Positions 9,681-19,705 are shown, counted from the stretch's first letter. The stretch is DNA of 64,000 bases from Minisyncoccia bacterium (GCA_038244685.1 JBBRTD010000001.1:67009-131008); one strand, 5' to 3'. Made by a program: numbers and translations. Notes: a model not told the origin generated them from the letters alone.

Positions 9681-10172
9681 TTACATGTCTTTATAAACTT
9701 CCATATCCCCTAATATTTTATAATCTATATTCGCTAATTTAAATATTTCTTTTGAACGCGCTGCACCGTGATAATCTTTCAATGCTACTACCCTGACAAT
9801 ACCTGCATTTATAATACTTTGAGCACATTTATAGCAAGGAATCATTTTACAATACATTGTAGCTCCTTCAATTGCAATTCCGATGCGAGCAGCATTATTT
9901 ATAGCATTTTGCTCAGCATGTGCAGTTCGAATGCAATGACGAGATTCTACACCATTCTCATCTTTTACTGTATGCATTTCATGTCCAACTTCATCACAGT
10001 GAGGTAGCCCGGCAGGAGAACCAACATAACCAGTAGAAAGAATTCTTTTATCTTTTGTAACAATACATCCAGCCCTTCCTCTATCACAAGTACCGCGAGA
10101 TCCAATCATATCTGCTAATTTAAGAAAATATTCATCCCAAGTAGGCCTATTAAAACTATTAAATTCTTCCAT
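9681..10172 (-). CDS. dCMP deaminase
   Basis: CIRTAHAEQNAINNAA (HAE zinc motif) and MIPCYKCAQSI (PCxxC). Confidence 0.85.
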   Translation of the reverse strand: MEEFNSFNRPTWDEYFLKLADMIGSRGTCDRGRAGCIVTKDKRILSTGYVGSPAGLPHCDEVGHEMHTVKDENGVESRHCIRTAHAEQNAINNAARIGIAIEGATMYCKMIPCYKCAQSIINAGIVRVVALKDYHGAARSKEIFKLANIDYKILGDMEVYKDM

Positions 10173-10200
10173 AAATAGATTATATTATTTTTAATTAATT

Positions 10201-10815
10201 TTACCTAATAACAAAAAACCCTAGTATCATCGCTGTAAAGTTAAGAATTGTATGCACTACTGATATAAGAGGTAAATTCTGGTACTGATAGTACATCCAA
10301 GCAAAACCAATACCTGCAATAAAGGTCATTGGCAGCACAAAAATAGAATTCAAGTAAATAACGTGCATCATAGCAAAGACAGCTGCGTTAAGAATTATGA
10401 TGAAGATAGGACTAGCAAATGTACGCTGTAGCATATTCATCAAAACACCCCGAAAAATAATTTCTTGTAAAATACTAATAGGAATGAAAAGTAAAAGAAA
10501 TTTTGCATTTTCCCACCATTCTAAAAAAGGACTATGCGGAACGATCTGGGCAAGCCAAACGAGAAAAAAGACTCCACCTAAAGTGAAAAGTGTATATGGA
10601 ATTATATCTTTCATGAAATCACGCCTTATGCCCATATCGGCAAAGGTCCAATGATCATGCTTCACTATTCCATACAATAGAATTGCTATACCAAAAAGCA
10701 TTATGAAACGAAAGTTACCAGGTAGAACTTTAAAATACAAAAGTAAAACTGGTACAACATACAAATACAATATCTGAACGAAAACTAACTCTCTTTGTCT
10801 CTTGGTATTATCCAT
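10201..10815 (-). CDS. CPBP family intramembrane metalloprotease (CAAX protease/Abi)
   Basis: Multi-TM protein with EIIFRGVLMN (EExxxR), FAMMHV (FxxxH) and HTILN. Confidence 0.7.
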   Translation of the reverse strand: MDNTKRQRELVFVQILYLYVVPVLLLYFKVLPGNFRFIMLFGIAILLYGIVKHDHWTFADMGIRRDFMKDIIPYTLFTLGGVFFLVWLAQIVPHSPFLEWWENAKFLLLFIPISILQEIIFRGVLMNMLQRTFASPIFIIILNAAVFAMMHVIYLNSIFVLPMTFIAGIGFAWMYYQYQNLPLISVVHTILNFTAMILGFFVIR

Positions 10816-10837
10816 GATTGTATTATACTATATAGAT

Positions 10838-12484
10838 ATGATTAAACTCAAATATTTCTTATTTTTATTATTATTTTCCATTTTTATTCCTCACGTTGAA
10901 GCTCTCGATATACAATACGGTAGCATTAAAGGATATACAACATCCCAGGTTTTAATTGAGTACTATGGTATTGGTAAGAAGAGTAGTTACTTGTGTAGCA
11001 TTACAAGTTTCAAATGTACTTCATCTAAAAAGACGACGATTGGCAAATCAAGTAGTCCTATTTTTAAAAAATCTATTAAAACAGAGCTCTCTGAAAAAGG
11101 GGCCAATCATGCCGTCCTTTCAAATTCTGGTAAATGGCTTGCTTATTTTATCCCAGCCAAAGAACCAGAAAGAACTCGTACCTACGTAATTAAAAATATT
11201 AAAGAAAATAAAAATTACACAATAACAGAAAATTTGCCTTACTGGGATTTGGTAAATGACCAAAAAAAGATTTTTGAATTCTCTCCCGACGAGAAGACTC
11301 TCGTATATATTAATGACAAAAATGATGCCTTATCCTTATATAAAGTAAATTTAGCTTCACTTCAAGGTACAAGTTTTGAAGGGGTTAAAATTGAAACTTC
11401 GGCCTATACAATAGGAACTTTCTTATATCTTGATTCACAGAATATTTATTATGTAGGTAATAGTAAGACAAATCCATACAACTGGACCCTTAATAGTATT
11501 AACCTAAAAACCAATGCAAATAAAACTATTACATCGAATGTTTCTTATTTAGATAAAATAACTAAAATAGGAAATTCGCTTGTTTTCATTCGCCTACAAG
11601 AAAAAGGTTATGGTCCAGAAGTCTACAATACAAAAACAAAAAAAATTGGATACTTTAAAATTCCAAACATAAAGACAACTAAAAATATTGTACACGAAGA
11701 ATATGTAAAAGTTGGTAATTCAAATGCCGTCGTTATGACTCCACTTTCTTATGATCCTAAAAAAACTTACCCCGTCTTAATCTGGCTACATGGTGGTCCA
11801 CTTAGACAAACGAGCTTAGGTTACCATCCTTATCACAGCTATGGTTTATATGATGCCATGTTAAAATTATTACAAAAAAATAATGTAATAATTCTTAAAT
11901 TAGATTATAGAGGGAGTTTGGGGGCTGGACGTACTTACTCAGAATCAATAAAAGAAAATGCTGGTAAGGGTGATATTGATGACGTTATAACGGCAGTTAA
12001 TTATGCAAAGAACCAATATAATATAAGTAATGTCTACTTAGCGGGTAATAGCTATGGAGGATATATGTCCCTAAAGGCTGTTGTAGAGCATCCAGATGCT
12101 TTTAAGGGTGTCTTCTCTATTAATGGAGTAACAGACTGGGAAAGTTTATTAGTTAAAATGAAGTATTCAATATTTAATACATATTTTAATGGATTACCTA
12201 ACGATACAAATAGAAGTCTTTACGACCAAGCTTCAATTATAAATAAAATAGGTAATCTTGGAAACCAGAATATTGAAATAATACAAGGAGAAGCAGATGG
12301 AACTATTCCCCCTTGGCAAGCAGATTTACTTTATGGAAAATTAAAAGATGCAAATAAAAATGTAAACTTAACTACATATAAAGGAGAAGATCATGTCTTT
12401 AAAGAAAAGAAAAATATTGGGGATGTGTGTGTTAGATTATTTGGATTAATAGGAATTACTAATACAAGTGAGTGCACAAAGTAA
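10838..12484 (+). CDS. Secreted S9-family serine peptidase (prolyl oligopeptidase-like) with N-terminal beta-propeller region
   Basis: Signal peptide MIKLKYFLFLLLFSIFIPHVEA. LIWLHGGP, AGNSYGGYMS (GxSxGG nucleophile elbow) and GEADGTIPP...GEDHVF. The tracked ORF starts at 10802, overlapping the upstream gene; ATG at 10838 preferred. Confidence 0.7.
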   Translation: MIKLKYFLFLLLFSIFIPHVEALDIQYGSIKGYTTSQVLIEYYGIGKKSSYLCSITSFKCTSSKKTTIGKSSSPIFKKSIKTELSEKGANHAVLSNSGKWLAYFIPAKEPERTRTYVIKNIKENKNYTITENLPYWDLVNDQKKIFEFSPDEKTLVYINDKNDALSLYKVNLASLQGTSFEGVKIETSAYTIGTFLYLDSQNIYYVGNSKTNPYNWTLNSINLKTNANKTITSNVSYLDKITKIGNSLVFIRLQEKGYGPEVYNTKTKKIGYFKIPNIKTTKNIVHEEYVKVGNSNAVVMTPLSYDPKKTYPVLIWLHGGPLRQTSLGYHPYHSYGLYDAMLKLLQKNNVIILKLDYRGSLGAGRTYSESIKENAGKGDIDDVITAVNYAKNQYNISNVYLAGNSYGGYMSLKAVVEHPDAFKGVFSINGVTDWESLLVKMKYSIFNTYFNGLPNDTNRSLYDQASIINKIGNLGNQNIEIIQGEADGTIPPWQADLLYGKLKDANKNVNLTTYKGEDHVFKEKKNIGDVCVRLFGLIGITNTSECTK

Positions 12485-12495
12485 TAAATAAAAAA

Positions 12496-12536
12496 AACAG
12501 ATGTTGTACGTCTACGGAAGACGTCCAACATCTGTT
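12496..12536. terminator. Bidirectional intrinsic terminator
   Basis: AACAGATGTTGTACGTC...GACGTCCAACATCTGTTTTTTT between convergent genes. Confidence 0.7.
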
Positions 12537-12551
12537 TTTTTATTGCTAACT

Positions 12552-13004
12552 TTAATTAGTTTTTACTTGAGGGATAGCAAGAGTTGGTCTCATTTGTATT
12601 GAGGTCGCACTAACACTTCCATCTGTATTTGTGGTACCTGTAATCATTACGGACTTACCTACTACGACATCTGCTACTGTGCCATCAACAGTTTTCTCAA
12701 CTTTTGATGCTGGAGAAAAGAGAACAATCTTTGACCCACCGTCTCGAAGTTTAATAGTCATACTAGTAGCATCTTTTGAAATAATTTCACCAGAAACTAC
12801 TCCTCCACCATTAACTACCCCTCGCATTCCTTGGCTCTTACTTCCAGTTGCATTTTGACCAAAACTATTTTGATTAAATTGACCCTGGCGATCAGCGAAT
12901 GAAGTCCCCTTATTATTTTGCCCATATTTCATTCCACCAAAAAAACTAATACCAGCAACAACTAAACATACAATAATACCTAAAACCATTTTTTTATTTT
13001 GCAT
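12552..13004 (-). CDS. Secreted/membrane-anchored DUF5666-like protein (Gly/Gln-rich linker plus C-terminal beta domain)
   Basis: N-terminal TM, low-complexity QG-rich segment, then GEIISKDATSMTIKLRDGGSKIVLF...GKSVMITGTTNTDGSVSATSI pattern. Confidence 0.4.
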   Translation of the reverse strand: MQNKKMVLGIIVCLVVAGISFFGGMKYGQNNKGTSFADRQGQFNQNSFGQNATGSKSQGMRGVVNGGGVVSGEIISKDATSMTIKLRDGGSKIVLFSPASKVEKTVDGTVADVVVGKSVMITGTTNTDGSVSATSIQMRPTLAIPQVKTN

Positions 13005-13028
13005 ATAATTTATTTTATTATTAATAAT

Positions 13029-14249
13029 TTATTCAAATCTTAGTGCTTCAATTGGATTAAGTTTTGAAGCACGCTGTGCTGGATAATATCCGAAGACTAT
13101 TCCAATACAAGCCGAAACACCAAAAGCTAAAAGAACTGAAGATAAAGATACCTGCGCCTGTAATATTCCTAAGGTTGTAACACCAAAGGATATTCCCCAG
13201 CCCAGCATGACACCAATCACACCACCAATAAATGTTAACATTACTGCTTCAATTAAAAATTGACGATTAATATCTCGACGCTTTGCTCCAATTGCTTTTC
13301 TTAATCCTATTTCACGAGTTCTCTCCGTTACGGTCGTTAGCATCATATTCATAATACCTATACCTCCAACAACAAGAGATATTCCAGCAACAGCAGCAAG
13401 TAAAGAAGTAAAAGTTCCTGTAACCGAAGAAGCCGTAGCTATAATATCTGCTTGGTTCATTGTAGAAAAATCAGCTAAGGTTGAATCAGAAATATGATGA
13501 TTCTCTAAAAGCTTTGCCGTAATATCTGCTTGCACCTGAGTTGTAACATCAGAACTTTCGGCTGAGACACTAATTGAATTTACATACTCATTCCCTGAGA
13601 AATAGCGCTGGGCAGTTTCTAGAGGAATATAAATCATGTCATCAGCATTTTGAAATCCAGAACCTCCTTTGGCCTTAGTTAAACCTATTATTTTAAATTG
13701 AATACTTTTAATACGAATTATTTGTCCAATGGCATCTCCACCTTCTCCAAAAAGATCAGTTTGTACTGTTGGTCCGATAACAGCAACTTTTTCACCAGAT
13801 AAATTTTGTGCGTCTGTTATGAAATTTCCTTGGTCTATTTCCAAATTACGAACATCTGGATAGTTAGAAGTTACGCCATCAACTGTTGTATTTGTATTGG
13901 TGCCCTTAGCTGTTACCTGATAACGACTAGAAACTTCTGCCGTTACTGCTTTAACCCCGCTAATAGTTTTTAGAGATTCAACATCTGACAAGGTGAGGGT
14001 TTTGGCTGATCCACGTTCCTGTCGAACTTGTTGACCTGCTCCACGTGGAGCCCCTGGTGAGACAACAATTAAATTAGCTCCGATTGATTGAATGGAAGAT
14101 GTAATAGAATTTTTAGCTCCAGTTCCAATTGCTGTCATAGCGATAACAGAAGCAATACCTATAATAATTCCAAGCATGGTAAGTCCAGATCGAACCTTAT
14201 TGCTCGACAGTGCCATAAATGTTTCTTGTAAAGTATCTTTTATTTTCAT
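13029..14249 (-). CDS. ABC transporter permease, MacB/FtsX-like
   Basis: N-terminal TM, large periplasmic domain, and C-terminal FtsX-type 3-TM bundle (GIGIMNMMLTTVTERTREIGLRKAIGA). Confidence 0.8.
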   Translation of the reverse strand: MKIKDTLQETFMALSSNKVRSGLTMLGIIIGIASVIAMTAIGTGAKNSITSSIQSIGANLIVVSPGAPRGAGQQVRQERGSAKTLTLSDVESLKTISGVKAVTAEVSSRYQVTAKGTNTNTTVDGVTSNYPDVRNLEIDQGNFITDAQNLSGEKVAVIGPTVQTDLFGEGGDAIGQIIRIKSIQFKIIGLTKAKGGSGFQNADDMIYIPLETAQRYFSGNEYVNSISVSAESSDVTTQVQADITAKLLENHHISDSTLADFSTMNQADIIATASSVTGTFTSLLAAVAGISLVVGGIGIMNMMLTTVTERTREIGLRKAIGAKRRDINRQFLIEAVMLTFIGGVIGVMLGWGISFGVTTLGILQAQVSLSSVLLAFGVSACIGIVFGYYPAQRASKLNPIEALRFE

Positions 14250-14950
14250 ATATTTTTAATTACTTTTTTTGTATGTAAATTATTGTCACTAACAATAAGG
14301 CCATCACGAATAGTAATAATTCTATCAGCATGCTCTGCCACATCAGGCTCGTGAGTAATTAATACAATTGTTCGGCCGAGTTCCCGATTTAACCTCTGAA
14401 AAGTTCCAAGAACAATCTCTCCTGTTTTTGTATCAAGGTTCCCCGTCGGCTCATCCGCTAAAATTAATGTTGGATTGTTTACAAGAGCACGGGCAATAGC
14501 AACACGCTGTATTTGACCTCCTGAAAGTTGATTCGATAAATGAAGAAAATGTGCTTCATCTAACCCTGCTGAGGTCAAGGCTTCTTTTGCTCTTTTTATT
14601 CTCTCTTCGTGAGGAATTCCATCATAAACTAATGGCAACATTACATTACGTAAAACTGTTGTTCTTGGAAGTAAATTAAAAGACTGAAAAACGAATCCAA
14701 TTTTATCCTTACGAATATCAGCAAGCTCATCATCTGTCAGTATTGAAACGTCTTTACCATCAAGAAAATAAGTACCAGAAGTTGGATTATCTAATGCTCC
14801 TAATATGTGCATTAGAGTTGATTTACCCGATCCAGAAGGCCCCATAATAGCGACGAATTCTCCATCCTCTATTTTAAAACTAACTCCTTTAACGGCCTGA
14901 AATGGTTCACCTCCAGAGTCATATGTTTTAACTATGTTATGTACTTCAAT
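14246..14950 (-). CDS. ABC transporter ATP-binding protein (MacB/LolD-type)
   Basis: [15 protein letters not shown] (Walker A), [15 protein letters not shown] and [11 protein letters not shown]. Likely start at [11 protein letters not shown]. Confidence 0.85.
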   Translation of the reverse strand: MEVHNIVKTYDSGGEPFQAVKGVSFKIEDGEFVAIMGPSGSGKSTLMHILGALDNPTSGTYFLDGKDVSILTDDELADIRKDKIGFVFQSFNLLPRTTVLRNVMLPLVYDGIPHEERIKRAKEALTSAGLDEAHFLHLSNQLSGGQIQRVAIARALVNNPTLILADEPTGNLDTKTGEIVLGTFQRLNRELGRTIVLITHEPDVAEHADRIITIRDGLIVSDNNLHTKKVIKNI

Positions 14951-14954
14951 CATA

Positions 14955-16580
14955 TTAATTTCTTGGTCCCCCACCACTAACTGCATTTAAAATACTAGGT
15001 GTAGATGTTTTTTTGGTAGCAGCAGCTGAAGTTGTTGTTTTACTTGTAACTGTTTTTGTAACGATAATATCCCCAACTTTTAATCCGGATGTAACCTCAG
15101 TCGAAGTATCATCTGCTAGACCAACTTGAACCTCTACTTGAGTAGGTAAAGTAGAAGAAATGGAACCTTGTGTTCCAACAACAGCAACTGGAAGTGGTGC
15201 ACTAAATACTTCTACATAAGAAACTCCATTTTTGTTTTTAATAGCACTGCTTGGAACAACGACGACATCTTGAACTGAATTAGTAATGACAACAGCCGAA
15301 ACACTCATTCCTGGTTTAACTCTAGAATCATCTACATCAAGACTAATTGAAACATTATAAGTAACAACACCTTGACTCACCGTTCCAACAGAATCGATTC
15401 CATAGACAGAACCTGTAATTGTTAAACTATCTATAGCATCAAAAGTTAAGGTCGCTTTTTGTCCTAATTTAATTTTAGCAATATCAACTTCGTTCAAAGA
15501 TATTTTGACAATTTTTTGTTTGGCAATTAAAGTTCCAATACTTCCACTAGCAGATTGTCCAACCTTGGCGGTCAAAGCTGCAATAATACCATCGATTGGG
15601 GCCCTTATAGAATAGTCTGACAATGCATTCTTTTTTGTTTGAACATTTAATTCTGCTTGACGAAGATCCAGTGAGTCAGGGCCTGCAACTGTATCGCTCA
15701 AGGAAATTGTAGTCTCTTCAATATTATTTAAACTAGATGAAATACTATTCACATAACCATTAACGCTTGAAGTCCAAGAAGTTAAATTTTTCTGAACATC
15801 AGTTACCTTACTTGAAGTTCCTTCATCTAAATAATCAGAAGTATAATCAAGACTAGACTGAGCTAATTTTACGGCATTTGATATTTTACTTGCAGTATTA
15901 ATTGAGACATTAATCAAATTTTTTATATCTTCATTTGAACTTAAACTTGATAGTGACTTATACAAGGCAGATGTTGTCTCTAAACTTTTTTTAACATCCC
16001 AATATGCTTTTTCAGATGAAGTAATTTTATCTTTCCCGGACTGACTAAGCAGCATTTTATTTTGATACCCTAGATAACCACTACTGTGTAGATTCCCTAA
16101 TCCAACGACAACCTCATCCATATCAACAATGAAGGAAGATATATTATTCCAACTGTCTGTATATAACTTTTTTAATGAATTTTCTTTTTGAAGCAAAGTA
16201 AGAGAATCTGGTTTAACTAATTTGTCTAAGGTTAATTGTGCTGTTTCTAGGGCAATTCGTGCGTCTCGTGAATCAATACTTGCAATCAAAGTACCCTTAC
16301 TTACTTCTTGACCGACACGTACTGGAACAGAAGTTATATCTCCTGTCGTCTTTGCACTTATCTCTATTGAATCACTGGATTCTATTTGCCCACTTCCAGA
16401 AACAGTAACAATAATATTACCTTTCTCGACATTACTAGTTAAATACCTCGTCTCAGTTGTAGATCCTCCCTTAAAAATAAAGTACGAGGCAGTTATTATT
16501 ATCAATAATATAATGACACTCCGTATTTTATGATTCAAGACTAAAGATTTAATTTTTTGTATAAGGGTTAAATTATTCAT
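14955..16580 (-). CDS. HlyD/MacA-type efflux periplasmic adaptor (membrane fusion protein)
   Basis: N-terminal TM, long coiled-coil, beta-barrel/lipoyl-like segments, and C-terminal Thr/Ser-rich tail. Confidence 0.7.
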   Translation of the reverse strand: MNNLTLIQKIKSLVLNHKIRSVIILLIIITASYFIFKGGSTTETRYLTSNVEKGNIIVTVSGSGQIESSDSIEISAKTTGDITSVPVRVGQEVSKGTLIASIDSRDARIALETAQLTLDKLVKPDSLTLLQKENSLKKLYTDSWNNISSFIVDMDEVVVGLGNLHSSGYLGYQNKMLLSQSGKDKITSSEKAYWDVKKSLETTSALYKSLSSLSSNEDIKNLINVSINTASKISNAVKLAQSSLDYTSDYLDEGTSSKVTDVQKNLTSWTSSVNGYVNSISSSLNNIEETTISLSDTVAGPDSLDLRQAELNVQTKKNALSDYSIRAPIDGIIAALTAKVGQSASGSIGTLIAKQKIVKISLNEVDIAKIKLGQKATLTFDAIDSLTITGSVYGIDSVGTVSQGVVTYNVSISLDVDDSRVKPGMSVSAVVITNSVQDVVVVPSSAIKNKNGVSYVEVFSAPLPVAVVGTQGSISSTLPTQVEVQVGLADDTSTEVTSGLKVGDIIVTKTVTSKTTTSAAATKKTSTPSILNAVSGGGPRN

Positions 16581-16582
16581 AA

Positions 16583-17104
16583 TTATATATTATTATTATT
16601 TTTGTCCGACATATTTAGCTTAATCATTTCCTCAGGTGAAGGAATAATTCTTATTAATTTAGCCTCGATCTGGCCTGAGCCATTAGGATTGCCAATAACA
16701 ACTATATATTTATCAATGGCCAAGCTATCTTTTGTTACTCTATCTTTCCTTTCTAATATATTTGTATTTTCATCAATAATGATTACTTTCTCTGTTTGAT
16801 CTTTATCTAAAACAAAAACATTTGGGTATTCAATCTTGATTATCTTACCAATCGCTCCATGAGCATTGGGTAAATTTCCAAAATCATCTTTTATAAATTG
16901 AGGACCAGGACGCTTTGGACCAAAGTTTCTTTCGTAATTATCTCCCCAATCATGACCAAATGATGCCTTTCTAAAACCGGCAAACATTCCTAGTTGAAAA
17001 ATAAAAATTATAACGAACAACCCTCCTATAATATAAATAAACTTTTTATAATTTTGTGATTCTAAAAAGTTTTTAATTTTTTCTTTAATTTCTTTTTTAT
17101 CCAT
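16583..17104 (-). CDS. Membrane-anchored hypothetical protein (DUF5666-like C-terminus)
   Basis: N-terminal TM plus GAIGKIIKIEYPNVFVLDKD...VVIGNPNGSGQIEAKLIRI. Confidence 0.35.
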   Translation of the reverse strand: MDKKEIKEKIKNFLESQNYKKFIYIIGGLFVIIFIFQLGMFAGFRKASFGHDWGDNYERNFGPKRPGPQFIKDDFGNLPNAHGAIGKIIKIEYPNVFVLDKDQTEKVIIIDENTNILERKDRVTKDSLAIDKYIVVIGNPNGSGQIEAKLIRIIPSPEEMIKLNMSDKNNNNI

Positions 17105-17114
17105 ATATTTATAA

Positions 17115-17513
17115 TTAAATAGCTAATAATTTACTTCTATATTGATGAATAGCTTTTTTGAAAGAAATTAGCATTGAAGATAAAAGGAAGAATGAGGCAC
17201 CTAAGCTAGCCACTGGCAGTGAGTCCGCTAAAGATAACAAATACTCTTTCCAGTATGTTGCGAATAAATTCCCATCAGAAAATGCTAATGATACATACTG
17301 GAAAAAGCCCGATGAGGCGAACTGATTCTTTAAATAGAAAGACATGAACACAAAACCGCCTAGAGATAAAATCCCTAAAAAACTATACGATAGAGATTGT
17401 ATCCTTAGGCTTTTTGCTTGTTCTACTTGTATGGCACGCCAAACACCATCCGAAAGTCGACCTTCCGGATGATTATAAGCCTGCTTGAATAATTTTGATA
17501 AATCTTTATCCAT
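17115..17513 (-). CDS. Putative anti-sigma factor (membrane protein encoded directly downstream of the ECF sigma factor)
   Basis: Position plus a central and a C-terminal TM segment. No recognisable enzymatic motif. Confidence 0.35.
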   Translation of the reverse strand: MDKDLSKLFKQAYNHPEGRLSDGVWRAIQVEQAKSLRIQSLSYSFLGILSLGGFVFMSFYLKNQFASSGFFQYVSLAFSDGNLFATYWKEYLLSLADSLPVASLGASFFLLSSMLISFKKAIHQYRSKLLAI

Positions 17514-17536
17514 ACACTAGCGTATACGAGATATAA

Positions 17537-18085
17537 TTAACTTTTGGTGCAAAGTTTTTTTAATAAAATAATAGCCCGAAGATGATAACTTTTTACAGTA
17601 TTTAGGGGCTTATTAAGAACTTCTCCTATTTCTTTAAATGTCATATCTTCTTGGTAATACAAAGTAAGTACTGTTCTGTAATTTTCTGGAAGCTCATTTA
17701 ATACCTTATCTAGCATTTCTTTGTCTTGTAGCTTTTGATAAACAGCATCAGGAAGAATAGAATTATCTTCTATTTCTTCTTCTTTAAATTCATCCTCACC
17801 TAAATATGAAAATGGTACTGTTTTTTTCTTACGATAATAATCAGTTATTGAATTTCGTGCAATTATAAAAAGCCAAGTTTTAAATTGTGATCTATCTTCA
17901 TCAAAATTCTTTAAATTTTTCCAAACTTTTATGAAAATTTCTTGAACAATATCAGGAGTATAAATTGGGCCAATGAATCTCACCGTGAAGTTATATATAG
18001 ATGAAGTGTATCTATCTATAAGTACCCTTAAGCAGTCTTCTTCCCCTTTTAAGTACCTTTTTATTAGATTAACATCATCTTCCAT
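17537..18085 (-). CDS. ECF-family RNA polymerase sigma factor (#1)
   Basis: Region 2: FIKVWKNLKNFDEDRSQFKTWLFIIARNSITDYYRKKK. Region 4: YRTVLTLYYQEDMTFKEIGEVLNKPLNTVKSYHLRA. Confidence 0.85.
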   Translation of the reverse strand: MEDDVNLIKRYLKGEEDCLRVLIDRYTSSIYNFTVRFIGPIYTPDIVQEIFIKVWKNLKNFDEDRSQFKTWLFIIARNSITDYYRKKKTVPFSYLGEDEFKEEEIEDNSILPDAVYQKLQDKEMLDKVLNELPENYRTVLTLYYQEDMTFKEIGEVLNKPLNTVKSYHLRAIILLKKLCTKS

Positions 18086-18140
18086 TTATATACTATAGTA
18101 CTAAATTACGGTTCATCCAACAGGATTCCAACCGCTCTTA

Positions 18141-18740
18141 TTATTTATTATATTTAGGATGTTCTTCTGGTATCGATAATAGATAATTCGCATATCGTGA
18201 CATAGCAAAAAGAACAGACGACAAACGATTTAGATAAGAAATTGTAATAATTCCAACCTTACGATTCCCTTCTTCTACAACTGTAATTATCCTCCTCTCG
18301 CACCTACGGGCTAAAGTTCTACCAAAATCAAGTTCAGCACTTAAAATGCTTCCCCCAGAAATAGTAAATGATGTTATGGGTGGCAATACTTCACTTATAT
18401 AACTTATAATTGCTTCTATGTTTGTTAAATCCTTTTTCTTTACTGTCATATCAGAACCTGCGATTTCAGCTTGAATAATAAAAAGTGTTTGCTGTATGTC
18501 ATTTAAAATATCGCTAAATAATACTTTCTTTTTAGGGCTCAAAACTATCTTCATCTGTTCAATACCAGAGTAAACTTTTAAAATACCAATAAATGCATTT
18601 AGTTCATCTAAAACACCAAGAGCCTCTATGATATTTGCACTCTTTGAAATTCTCCCTTGATCACAATGAAAAAGGGTCGTGGTCCCATTGTCTCCCTTTC
18701 CAGTATATAAAGTGTGAGGTTTTTTAGTTATCTTTGTCAT
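18141..18740 (-). CDS. PduO-type ATP:cob(I)alamin adenosyltransferase
   Basis: YTGKGDNGTTTLF and ALGVLDELNAFIG. Likely start at MTKITKK. Confidence 0.7.
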   Translation of the reverse strand: MTKITKKPHTLYTGKGDNGTTTLFHCDQGRISKSANIIEALGVLDELNAFIGILKVYSGIEQMKIVLSPKKKVLFSDILNDIQQTLFIIQAEIAGSDMTVKKKDLTNIEAIISYISEVLPPITSFTISGGSILSAELDFGRTLARRCERRIITVVEEGNRKVGIITISYLNRLSSVLFAMSRYANYLLSIPEEHPKYNK

Positions 18741-18846
18741 ATAAATTATTATATCAATACAATAGATTAACCCCAACCATTGACTTTTCCCATAAATAGA
18801 GTATAATATAATTGAATTAAAAAACCTTAAAAAATACTTTTAAACC

Positions 18847-19149
18847 ATGAAGAGAGATAAATTTTTATTGTTAGTTACTAACTTAAACGCATTAGACGGA
18901 GCTGTTTCATACATAGAAAAAGAAACTTTACTTAAAAAAGATTTCAAAGACTATAGAGTAAGATTCTTCCACGGATTGTTCCAGAGTAAATCAGGAACTT
19001 TAAATAGAATCCTGAAAGAAGAAAAACACAATGAAATGAATGTCGTCTTTCAAAGAAATGTCCCCATCAAAAAAGTTATGAAGTTGATGGATCGAATTAA
19101 TGAAATATCAGAGGTAGAAAATATTATTTATTCTACTAGATGGATATAA
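18847..19149 (+). CDS. Small hypothetical protein (possible distant member of the tandem paralogue set)
   Basis: 100 aa with its own terminator downstream (19157-19186). Confidence 0.4.
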   Translation: MKRDKFLLLVTNLNALDGAVSYIEKETLLKKDFKDYRVRFFHGLFQSKSGTLNRILKEEKHNEMNVVFQRNVPIKKVMKLMDRINEISEVENIIYSTRWI

Positions 19150-19223
19150 AAGATTGAAGAGCAGAAAATTCTGCTCTTTCATTTTATTTAAATTTAAATT
19201 TTTTAACCTAAAATTTTTATTCC

Positions 19224-19571
19224 ATGAAAAACGTATTTATTTTGACTAACCAGTTCCCTAACATTAGGGAGAGACTCGCTTTTGAAAAGAAAGTAAGGGC
19301 TGAAAAGATCTTTCAAAACAGAGAGGAAATCTGTTTGGAAATCTGCCAAGTTACTGACTCTGTCGAATTTAAAAATTTGATAAAGAAAAAATCACCAAAT
19401 TTAGTACTATTTCATGAATGTTCTGATAGTATCATTAATGGAAGTGTTAAGACTATGGAAAAGATATTAAGAAATGATTTCTATGTTCTGTGTATGGAAA
19501 AAACAGGTGTAAATAACCATGCCTGTATGATCATTCTTGATTTCGAAGAAATTTCATTTTACTTAAATTAA
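19224..19571 (+). CDS. Small Cys-containing hypothetical protein, paralogue A
   Basis: REEICLEICQ...KKKSPNLVLFHECSD matches DREICLEFYN...KKRTPSSTLFYDCCEE in the next gene. Confidence 0.55.
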   Translation: MKNVFILTNQFPNIRERLAFEKKVRAEKIFQNREEICLEICQVTDSVEFKNLIKKKSPNLVLFHECSDSIINGSVKTMEKILRNDFYVLCMEKTGVNNHACMIILDFEEISFYLN

Positions 19572-19705
19572 AACTTTATCGAAACATGTTAGAATAATTT
19601 GAATTGAGCAATCTATCGGTTGCTCTTTCTTTTTATCCATATCTTGACTATTTTTAATAAAAGAATAAAATATTAACAAATTTGTAAACCTCTAATTTTG
19701 TAAAG

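Noticed and set aside
3483-12858. Short ORFs antisense to or embedded in long genes (e.g. 3483..3674, 4615..4851, 5993..6190, 7682..7912, 9021..9209, 9768..10007, 10397..10654, 10956..11189, 12631..12858)
   Set aside because: Each lies entirely within, and opposite to, a well-supported conserved gene (argS, dut, tmk, thyA start, folA, dcd, CPBP, S9 peptidase, DUF5666). Typical shadow ORFs in AT-rich DNA.
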